This document shows, piece by piece, positions 57,074-64,000 of a stretch of DNA of 64,000 bases. The stretch covers positions 47,491-111,490 of the forward strand of contig CAKUBG010000005.1 in the NCBI GenBank assembly GCA_934636825.1, in the 5' to 3' direction. The notes below the pieces were generated by a model, which did not search any database, was not told where the DNA came from, and saw only the letters and a program-made list of their open reading frames with translations. Made by a program: the position numbers and the translations under genes. The stretch is from an uncultured bacterium (GTDB lineage: Bacteria > Vulcanimicrobiota > Xenobia > Xenobiales > Xenobiaceae). The number at the start of each line of letters is the position of its first letter. Within the stretch, counting starts at the first letter, position 1.

Positions 57074-58813
57074 TTACTTTTTGAATTGAATATTCCCATA
57101 GTCCTTTTCAGGAACCAGCACGCGTCCCTGCTTGTCGGCAGTGCCAATGTTGAGGCAATTGTTGTTTACGGTGAATTTATCACCGGTGAGAACATCAACC
57201 ATTACATCGCCATTGTGCAAAGGACTACCTTCGCGCAGAGGAATGTTGCGAGTCTGGTGATCGTAGGAGTTATTCAAAACTGTAATGCACTCTTGACCTT
57301 CGTGGCGACGGCAGAAAGCGTAAATCTGATCATCTTGCCACATCTCCATTTGCTGACCAAACTGGAGAGCGGGCATAGCGGCACGAGTACTGGTCAATTT
57401 CTGAAGGTGCTCGGTAATATGGGGCTTAGTGCCAAATTCCATATCACGACGATTGTCGGGGTCGCCACCGCCAACCATGGCTGTCTCGTCGCCATAGTAA
57501 ACTGAAGGAATACCACGGCAAGTCATGATCAAATCCATACCCAGCTTGAGCTTGTCTTCGCCACGGCTGTTGTTGGTATTGTTCATGAAGCGCTCGAAGT
57601 CGTGGTTGTCCAATAAAGTAACCATCTTGCCAGCATCGGGATACTTATTGTCTTCAGCAAAGCGTTTGCCAATCTCTCGGGCGCTGCCGTCTTTGCCAAT
57701 GGTATCGCGAATGGTGTAATACAAAGGCATATCGAAGCAACTATCCATACCATCGCGCAAGTAACCGGAGACGACGTTGGGATCGCCATGTAAAGCTTCA
57801 CCCAAAATCATGAAGTCGTCGCCCATCTCTTTTTTGATATCGGCGCAGAACTTCTGCCAGAACTGGTGGTCGACATGTTTGATAGCGTCTAAACGAATAC
57901 CGTCGGCGCCGGTCTCTTTGACCCACCAGAGGGTGTTGTCCAATAAATATTTGTAAACTTCGGGGTTGCTCTGATTAAGGTCGGGCAAACCGCAAACGTC
58001 GCGATTTTCCAACTGCCAAGGATCATCCCAATTTTGGATGCCGCCATTGTGGTGGAACCAGTCGTGTTTGCTAGGATCGTTTACCCAAGGATGGTTGGGA
58101 GCAACGTGGTTGAGCACGGTGTCCAAAACGACTTTCATGCCTTTTTCATGGGCTTTGGAGACCAGTTCTTTAGCATCGTCCATAGTGCCCTGGTGTTCGT
58201 CTACCTTGTAGTGGTCGGTAATCCAGTAGCCGTGGTAGCCTGTGCCTTCGTAGTCACCCATTCTTACTTTGTCGGCGTTGTCATACATAGGAGCAACCCA
58301 CAAGCAAGTGGCGCCTAAGCCTTTGATATAATCTAAGTTGTTGATGACACCGCGCAAGTCACCGCCGTGATAAGCGGTGGGGTTATTTTTATCTACATCA
58401 AAGTTGTTGCTCGGATCGCCATCGCTGAAGCGGTCGGTGAGGGGGAAGTAGATAACTTGGGGGCCCCATTTGGCTTGCCAGGAGCTCACAGAATTGGTAG
58501 TAACTGCTGAAGCACTGGCAGTCTCTTCGGTTTTGGCTGCGGTGGAGCAGAAGAGAGACTTGGGGATAAGTCCGGCCGAAGAATCGGACTTGGATTTCGT
58601 GAGAGTGTCAGCGGGAAGGGCAGGCGCACTTTCGGCTGCAACGGCCTTGGCGCTACTAACTGAAACGTTGGAAACGGGCTGGTTGAAAACTCTAAAGTTA
58701 TCAGACACGCCGGAAATCATGGTAAAGCCTCCAAAAATAATGGTAAAAATATGAACTACTTTAAGCACTCCGCTTTTAGGAACACCTAATCCCAAACACT
58801 TGCGCAGAAGCAA
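57074..58813 (-). CDS. alpha-amylase family glycoside hydrolase (GH13)
   Basis: GH13 conserved regions (LWVAPMYD...DGIRLDAIKHV...EALHGD...FLDNHD). Start is either TTG at 58813 (gives a hydrophobic N-terminus) or ATG at 58720 with a GGAGG RBS. Confidence 0.88.
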   Translation of the reverse strand: MLLRKCLGLGVPKSGVLKVVHIFTIIFGGFTMISGVSDNFRVFNQPVSNVSVSSAKAVAAESAPALPADTLTKSKSDSSAGLIPKSLFCSTAAKTEETASASAVTTNSVSSWQAKWGPQVIYFPLTDRFSDGDPSNNFDVDKNNPTAYHGGDLRGVINNLDYIKGLGATCLWVAPMYDNADKVRMGDYEGTGYHGYWITDHYKVDEHQGTMDDAKELVSKAHEKGMKVVLDTVLNHVAPNHPWVNDPSKHDWFHHNGGIQNWDDPWQLENRDVCGLPDLNQSNPEVYKYLLDNTLWWVKETGADGIRLDAIKHVDHQFWQKFCADIKKEMGDDFMILGEALHGDPNVVSGYLRDGMDSCFDMPLYYTIRDTIGKDGSAREIGKRFAEDNKYPDAGKMVTLLDNHDFERFMNNTNNSRGEDKLKLGMDLIMTCRGIPSVYYGDETAMVGGGDPDNRRDMEFGTKPHITEHLQKLTSTRAAMPALQFGQQMEMWQDDQIYAFCRRHEGQECITVLNNSYDHQTRNIPLREGSPLHNGDVMVDVLTGDKFTVNNNCLNIGTADKQGRVLVPEKDYGNIQFKK

Positions 58814-58981
58814 CCGCCCAAAAATCTAATGCTGTTTCTTTGCAAACTTGCTACTGTAAATTATAGCCGAACATAAAAAAAATATGTTACCAGGAATTTA
58901 ATTAACACCTAGAAAAAAGTTGTTTAGGCATAATTTTGTGTTTTTAGGCCTAAAGAAAAATTTTAATATAGGAGTGAAGAT

Positions 58982-60994
58982 ATGAATTTCCGTTCTAAGT
59001 GGTTCCGTATGGGAGCCATCGTTTTAGGATTGGCTTGTTTGGCTTCTTCGGCGGCTGTAGCTGAGAATAATCAAGGGCAGACTTCTCCAGCTCAAAGCGC
59101 AATATCTCGTCAAGTTAAGGGTAATTTAACTATAGAGGGTGTGCCGGAAATTCCCACTTCTTTAGTTGAACGTTTAGGCCAATATTCCAATGTGCGTTCA
59201 GCTTCTGTGGCCGACTGGGATCCACAAGGACGTGGTTTGCTCGTCTTTACCCGTTTTGCTCAAACAGCGCAAATCCACCGTGTGGCCCGCCCTCAAGCTT
59301 ATCGCGAGCAAATTACTTTCTTTGACGAACCTGTCAATGATGTTATCGTGAATCCCGACAGCAGTAAAAATGAAATGGCCATTTTAAAAGATGTCGGCGG
59401 CAATGAAAATTACCAAATTTTCTTATGGAATTTAAGTGACGGCCGTTGCAAAATGCTTACTGACGGCAAGGCTCGTTACGGCTCGGTCGTTTGGAATAAC
59501 GAAGGTACCAAAATCGCCTATCAATCAACTCAACGCGATGGATCCAATTGGGATATTTGGATTATGGATCCTAAACATCCAGAGCAAGCTAAAATGGTAT
59601 ACAGCCCTGGCGGTTACTGGAATGTAATGGACTGGTCCAAGCAAGGCGACAAGTTATTACTTTATAAATACGTATCTATTACCGATTCGTCTATGGCTGT
59701 TTTAGACTTAGCTAGCGGCAAGGTTACTCCTATTGGCAATGATGGTAAAGGCACAGTTGCTCTGGGAGAATCGGCTAAATTCGCTCCCGATGGCAAAGGG
59801 ATCTTCTTTACTACTGATAATGGCAGCGAATTTCAACGTTTGGCTTATCAAAGATTGTCTACTGGCAAAGTAAGTTACATGGCTCCTGAAATAAATGCCG
59901 ACGTTGTCAGCTTGCAACTTACCAAAGATGGTCAGTTTTTAGCTTTTGTTACCAATGAAGATGGATTCAACAGAATCTATATTATGGATTTGCGCAAAGG
60001 CAATTGTAAATATCGTCGCTTAGAAAATGTGCCCGACGGTGTAGTTTATGGTTTAAAATTTGCACAAGACCATCGCTTAGCTGTCAGTATCGGTTCAGGT
60101 AATATGCCTTGCGATACCTATGTTGTCAATTTAGATAAAAAAGACGAATGTTTGCGCTGGACTTTCAGTGAGGCCGGCGGTTTGGATACAGCTTCTTTTG
60201 CTAAACCTGAATTGTTCCGTTATCCTACTTTCGATAAAGTAAACGGAAAAAATCGTCAAATTCCGGCTTTTGTCTATATGCCTAAGCGTGCTGATAACAA
60301 ACCTTGTCCTGTGCTTATTCAGATTCACGGTGGCCCTGAGAGTCAATATCAGCCTTACTTTAGCTCTCTTATTCAATATTTGGTAAACGAAAAAGGCATA
60401 GCCGTTATTGCTCCCAATGTGCGTGGCTCACACGGATATGGCAAAACCTATGTATCTTTGGATAATGGATACAAGAGGGAAGATTCTGTTAAAGATATTG
60501 GCGCTTTAATTGAATGGATAAAGAAACAGCCTCAATTTAATGGCAAAATTGCGGTTATGGGCGGATCTTACGGTGGCTACATGACTTTAGCTTCCATGAC
60601 TCACTTTAGCAAAGATCTTAGTTGCGGTGTAGACAATGTAGGTATAAGCAATTTTGTAACTTTCTTGGAAAATACCAATCCTAACCGTCAGGATTTGCGT
60701 CGAGTTGAGTATGGTGATGAGCGTGATCCAGAGATGAGAGCTTTTATGGAAAAGATCGCTCCGGCCAACAATGCTTCTAAAATTACCAAGCCTTTATATG
60801 TAGTGCAAGGATACAACGATCCGCGTGTGCCCGTTACCGAAGCTGAACAAATGGTGCGAGAAATTCGCCAAGCTGGTGGGCAAGTTTGGTATTGCTGCGC
60901 TTCTGATGAGGGGCATGGTTTTGCCAAAAAGAACAATCGCGACTACTACTGGCAATCGGTAGTGCTCTTCTTAGAAAAATATTTGCTTAAATAA
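58982..60994 (+). CDS. secreted S9 prolyl-oligopeptidase-family serine peptidase with an N-terminal beta-propeller
   Basis: Signal peptide (MNFRSKWFRMGAIVLGLACLASSAAVA). Catalytic Ser nucleophile elbow GGSYGGYMT, plus C-terminal Asp/His (YVVQGYNDPRV...DEGHGF). Confidence 0.88.
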   Translation: MNFRSKWFRMGAIVLGLACLASSAAVAENNQGQTSPAQSAISRQVKGNLTIEGVPEIPTSLVERLGQYSNVRSASVADWDPQGRGLLVFTRFAQTAQIHRVARPQAYREQITFFDEPVNDVIVNPDSSKNEMAILKDVGGNENYQIFLWNLSDGRCKMLTDGKARYGSVVWNNEGTKIAYQSTQRDGSNWDIWIMDPKHPEQAKMVYSPGGYWNVMDWSKQGDKLLLYKYVSITDSSMAVLDLASGKVTPIGNDGKGTVALGESAKFAPDGKGIFFTTDNGSEFQRLAYQRLSTGKVSYMAPEINADVVSLQLTKDGQFLAFVTNEDGFNRIYIMDLRKGNCKYRRLENVPDGVVYGLKFAQDHRLAVSIGSGNMPCDTYVVNLDKKDECLRWTFSEAGGLDTASFAKPELFRYPTFDKVNGKNRQIPAFVYMPKRADNKPCPVLIQIHGGPESQYQPYFSSLIQYLVNEKGIAVIAPNVRGSHGYGKTYVSLDNGYKREDSVKDIGALIEWIKKQPQFNGKIAVMGGSYGGYMTLASMTHFSKDLSCGVDNVGISNFVTFLENTNPNRQDLRRVEYGDERDPEMRAFMEKIAPANNASKITKPLYVVQGYNDPRVPVTEAEQMVREIRQAGGQVWYCCASDEGHGFAKKNNRDYYWQSVVLFLEKYLLK

Positions 60995-61021
60995 CCGTTT
61001 AAGCGATTTTTAAGTTGAAAT

Positions 61022-61067
61022 AAAAAAATAACTCTGTTACCAGATTAAGGGAACAGAGTTTTTTTAG
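61022..61067 (+). terminator. bidirectional terminator
   Basis: AACTCTGTT...AACAGAGTT stem with a T7 run, A-rich on the other side. Confidence 0.65.
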
Positions 61068-61076
61068 TTCGGCATA

Positions 61077-61400
61077 TTAAGGTACGCCTGGGAAACTGTC
61101 TACAAATTGGATAGTAAAATCGGGGAAGCTGTCCACAAATTGAATCTTATAATCAGGAAAACTGTCTACAAATTGCCATTTTCCCGGGCCATCTGGGAAA
61201 CTGTCTACAGTTTTTACTTTAAGATCTGGGAAGCTGTCAACAACTTTTACTTTGTAATCAGGGAAGCTATTAACGACTTGAATTTTACCATAAATGCTGC
61301 CTACTGGTGCTGTAGTTTCCGCTTGGGCATTTTGAGCGACTGCGAAAAGAAGGATGATGGCGGCACAACAAGCCACTAACATGAAACGATAGTTTTTCAA
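61077..61400 (-). CDS. small secreted protein made of six tandem VDSFPD-x-K repeats
   Basis: Signal peptide MKNYRFMLVACCAAIILLFAVAQNAQA, then VNSFPDYKVKV/VDSFPDLKVKT/VDSFPDGPGKWQF/VDSFPDYKIQF/VDSFPDFTIQF/VDSFPGVP. The underlying 33 bp DNA repeats are visible. Confidence 0.6.
   Translation of the reverse strand: MKNYRFMLVACCAAIILLFAVAQNAQAETTAPVGSIYGKIQVVNSFPDYKVKVVDSFPDLKVKTVDSFPDGPGKWQFVDSFPDYKIQFVDSFPDFTIQFVDSFPGVP
61088..61290 (-). repeat. in-frame ~33 bp tandem repeats (x6) encoding the VDSFPD units
   Basis: Repeated gggaa(a/g)ctgtc(t/c)aca... units on the plus strand. Confidence 0.7.
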
Positions 61401-61494
61401 GCTCCACCTCCAAGTATGATTTTAAACGGTTACCAATCTTAAAATTCGCAAGTGTATCTCGATCCCTTGCGACAAAAATGTCAATTTTGCCTAG

Positions 61495-61546
61495 AAAATA
61501 AAAAAGTTGCCGCCGACATACTTCAGGTGAGATGTCGACGGCAACT
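61495..61546 (-). terminator. rho-independent terminator downstream of the EEP gene
   Basis: 15 bp stem AGTTGCCGCCGACAT...ATGTCGACGGCAACT followed on the minus strand by TTTTTTATTTT. Confidence 0.7.
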
Positions 61547-61578
61547 ACTTAGTCGATAAAATTTCGACTATTCTAAAA

Positions 61579-62475
61579 TTAGTCTCTGAGGTTGAACTCG
61601 GAAGTGATCATGAGATGGTCTGAAGCGGTGGAAGATACCCAACGAGTGTCGGTGCTGTCAGACTGAGTGTAACGGTGCACTTGGGAGCTGACCAAACGGT
61701 TGGACATGGACTTCGGGAAGATCATGTGGTCGAATTGTTCGGGAGCGAAACCGTTGTTTCTCTTGGGGTTGGCAGGCCAAGTGTTGCGCTCGGAATCGGG
61801 TTTGCCAGCTAAGCTATCTACCCACTCTTCGCGGCCGCCGCCGGGATTAAGAACGGCTTGTACGGAAGCGTCGTCGGTGTTGTCATTGAAGTCGCCGGTG
61901 AGGACGAACAGACGGCCAGGGAATTGCTTCATTTCGGTTTCGGCGATGTCACGCATGGCGCGGCCTTCGCTCAAACGCTTGGTGTCGGAGCTGACGTGGC
62001 CGGGAGCGGAAGGTCTTCTGGACTTGGAGTGAGTGGTGTATAAACTGACGTCGGCGCCGGGCTTACCATCAACATCGATATCGACGCGGAGGAAGTCGCG
62101 GCTAAATTTAGTGTCGCCGCTGCCATCGGCTAAGGGGAAGGTTACGTCTTTGTGAGAGACGACTTCGGTGAAGGGGTATTTGGAAATAACAGCTACGTTT
62201 ACGCCGCGACCGTCGTTACCGGGAACGTGAGCTACATACTTGTAGTCTTTGCTTAAGCCACGAGTTTTCATGAACTCGGTTAAAGTCTCTTTGGAAGTGC
62301 ACTCTTGTAAAGCAACTACGTCGGCGTCAGCGCGTCTAATATTTTCGGCCAAAGCGTCTAAAGAGCGCTCGCTCTTGACAGGAGTGCGACCGCCGCCGGC
62401 TTTTTGCACATCGCGCTCACCGAACATGTTCTTTACATTGTAAGTACCGATAGTTACAGACGTTTTGCCTATCAT
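61579..62475 (-). CDS. endonuclease/exonuclease/phosphatase (EEP) family protein
   Basis: IGTYNVKN...DVVALQEC near the N-terminus and C-terminal SDH (ASDHLMI) are typical of the EEP fold. Confidence 0.78.
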   Translation of the reverse strand: MIGKTSVTIGTYNVKNMFGERDVQKAGGGRTPVKSERSLDALAENIRRADADVVALQECTSKETLTEFMKTRGLSKDYKYVAHVPGNDGRGVNVAVISKYPFTEVVSHKDVTFPLADGSGDTKFSRDFLRVDIDVDGKPGADVSLYTTHSKSRRPSAPGHVSSDTKRLSEGRAMRDIAETEMKQFPGRLFVLTGDFNDNTDDASVQAVLNPGGGREEWVDSLAGKPDSERNTWPANPKRNNGFAPEQFDHMIFPKSMSNRLVSSQVHRYTQSDSTDTRWVSSTASDHLMITSEFNLRD

Positions 62476-62763
62476 ATTATTTAAAACCCCGTTGGATAAT
62501 CTTTTTCTGCAACTTCATTTCTTAAGGCGCAATTGCAACACCAAAGCAGAAATGAATTCCTCCTGTTTTGAGCGCCAAGAAGAAGTACACGGACTAAAGT
62601 TTATCTTAATCTCACACTCTGACTTCTATCTCAGACTTTGCAGGAAGGGCCGAAGAAAAGAACTCAACCAACTTAAGATATTCAAGTGGTTGAAGCTCTG
62701 TATAATCTCTTCACACCCTGTAGTTTTGTTGATTATACTTCTATTTTACCGCAAACAAAACTT

Positions 62764-63993
62764 TTATTTAGGCAAATACGTGTATTTTTTGTTAATTTTC
62801 TTGTCAAAGAGATGATTTTCTTTCAGAGATTCTTCAACCAACTTAGCCATAAAGCGATGACCTTCGGGAGTAAAATGGATTGCGTCAGCAAAGAGCCGAC
62901 CGTATTTGTAATCTGGCAAAGCCGCAAAAGCTTGAGGAGCGTCTATTAAGGGAATATTGTATTTTTGGGAAAGTTTGCGTAAAGCTTCATGATACAATGG
63001 TAAGCGCGAGTTGTTGGGAATATGGCGATTGGTGGGCTCTAAAAGAAAATAGAGAGTAAAATGATCTTGTTGAGAAAGTTTATAAAAACTTTCCATATTT
63101 TCTATAAATTCTGTTAAAGGTACTCGCTCTGTGGAATTTATGTTTTGATTGGCGAAATTATATACTGAATCTGTATTGCGAAAGCGCAAAATTAGACTGC
63201 GCAATAAAAGGCAAGAGTGGCTGCGATACATCCAAGATCGTACAAAGTATAACCATTTTTTATCAGTTAAGACTGAACGATCTGTAGAAAACCCTTCATT
63301 AGAATCGTGATAACCAAAAGCTTCAACTACAAGATCTGGCTTATAAGGAGCCAAATCTGATTTGTAGAGCATTAGACCTTGCCAAGAAGAATATCCTGAG
63401 ATGGCTCCATCAATTACTTCAATTTTTTTATAACCATGAGCTTTTAAATTGTGCTTACGCAAGTTGTTTTGCAATACTTTAGGATAGCAATGGTGAGGAG
63501 CATACTGGTAGCGAAAGGCAGAAATAGCCTGTGAATCGCCGAGAAAAGCTAAGCGAAAAGTTTGAGGAAATTTGTTGTGATTGTATTCTTGATCGAAAAT
63601 GCCGCTAATAGAATTGCGAGAGGTGCCTGCCATATTGGTTCTTAAGCCTCTAGCATTGTGGGTAATTTCCGGATTGGCTTTCCAGAAAGTTAAAGGATCG
63701 GGAATAAATAGGTGATTGGAGCTATAATATGGCAAATGGAGTAGCGCTTCAAATAAAAAAAAGAAAGTGGCTACTGCTATACTGTTGCGCATTAAGGGAG
63801 AGAGCTGAGTCCAGTGTTTGAAATACTTATTGAGTATTTGGGCAATTTTACAAAGCGCAACTAAGATAAGGGCTCCTAGCAACAGACCAGCAATTATTTG
63901 GCTGTCTAGCAGTTTGGGAATGTTGCCGATTATATATTGAGAGCGCAAGGCTGTCTCTCCGCCGCTGACTATATAAAATGAACTATCTTCCAT
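62764..63993 (-). CDS. membrane-anchored SGNH/GDSL-type hydrolase family protein
   Basis: Two or three N-terminal TM segments, then a GDS block (AFLGDSQA) and a distal DxxH-like block (DAIHFTPEGH). Confidence 0.6.
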   Translation of the reverse strand: MEDSSFYIVSGGETALRSQYIIGNIPKLLDSQIIAGLLLGALILVALCKIAQILNKYFKHWTQLSPLMRNSIAVATFFFLFEALLHLPYYSSNHLFIPDPLTFWKANPEITHNARGLRTNMAGTSRNSISGIFDQEYNHNKFPQTFRLAFLGDSQAISAFRYQYAPHHCYPKVLQNNLRKHNLKAHGYKKIEVIDGAISGYSSWQGLMLYKSDLAPYKPDLVVEAFGYHDSNEGFSTDRSVLTDKKWLYFVRSWMYRSHSCLLLRSLILRFRNTDSVYNFANQNINSTERVPLTEFIENMESFYKLSQQDHFTLYFLLEPTNRHIPNNSRLPLYHEALRKLSQKYNIPLIDAPQAFAALPDYKYGRLFADAIHFTPEGHRFMAKLVEESLKENHLFDKKINKKYTYLPK

Positions 63994-64000
63994 ATGTCGG

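Noticed and set aside
62465-62949. Plus-strand ORFs (116 and 87 aa) in the spacer between the EEP and SGNH genes.
   Set aside because: They overlap the 3' end of the minus-strand SGNH gene, have Leu/Phe/Lys-rich low-complexity translations and no RBS. The spacer does contain an imperfect inverted repeat (TTCATTTCTG...CAGAAATGAA) that is probably a terminator or regulatory hairpin.

Overview
This 64 kb window is a chromosomal segment (about 48% GC) from a flagellated, probably anaerobic, Gram-negative-type bacterium whose lineage cannot be assigned from sequence alone. It is gene-dense, with about 48 protein genes on both strands and no rRNA, tRNA, CRISPR or mobile-element genes that I could support. 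The housekeeping backbone comprises a gap-pgk-tpiA-secG cluster, a divergent EF-G paralog, ridA, ispE, thrS, an archaeal-type proS, tmk-holB and a PiT phosphate transporter. Other recognisable genes are a desulfoferrodoxin-type superoxide reductase, a GH13 alpha-amylase, an S9 peptidase, an S8 subtilase and a short flagellar block (flgF, flgG, an FlgJ N-terminal-only rod-binding protein and fliA) preceded by two uncharacterised ORFs. The stretches worth a second look are four: (i) a roughly 13 kb island (12837-25642) between ridA and thrS dominated by four large polytopic membrane proteins, one with a TMEM260/DUF2723-like HPPGYP motif and two mutually paralogous, plus secreted and anchored hypotheticals, a MobA-like nucleotidyltransferase and ispE, which may be a novel envelope or protein glycosylation module; (ii) a pseudo-receiver-PAS-GAF-RsbW-like serine-kinase gene followed by an M14-like pseudo-carboxypeptidase with a 330 aa P/A/S/T-rich disordered tail, divergent from a CPBP intramembrane protease; (iii) a 1047 aa NTP-transferase-LbH-phosphomannomutase fusion whose catalytic TASHNP serine loop looks degenerate; (iv) a DUF62 SAM hydroxide adenosyltransferase-PLP decarboxylase pair with flanking unknowns. 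Smaller observations are a secreted protein of six VDSFPD repeats, a TPR protein with an (EATPAEAPAA)n tail and a 645 bp structured gene-free region carrying a near-perfect 16 bp palindrome ahead of a MerR-like gene. All functional calls come from reading motifs by eye; none was database-verified.
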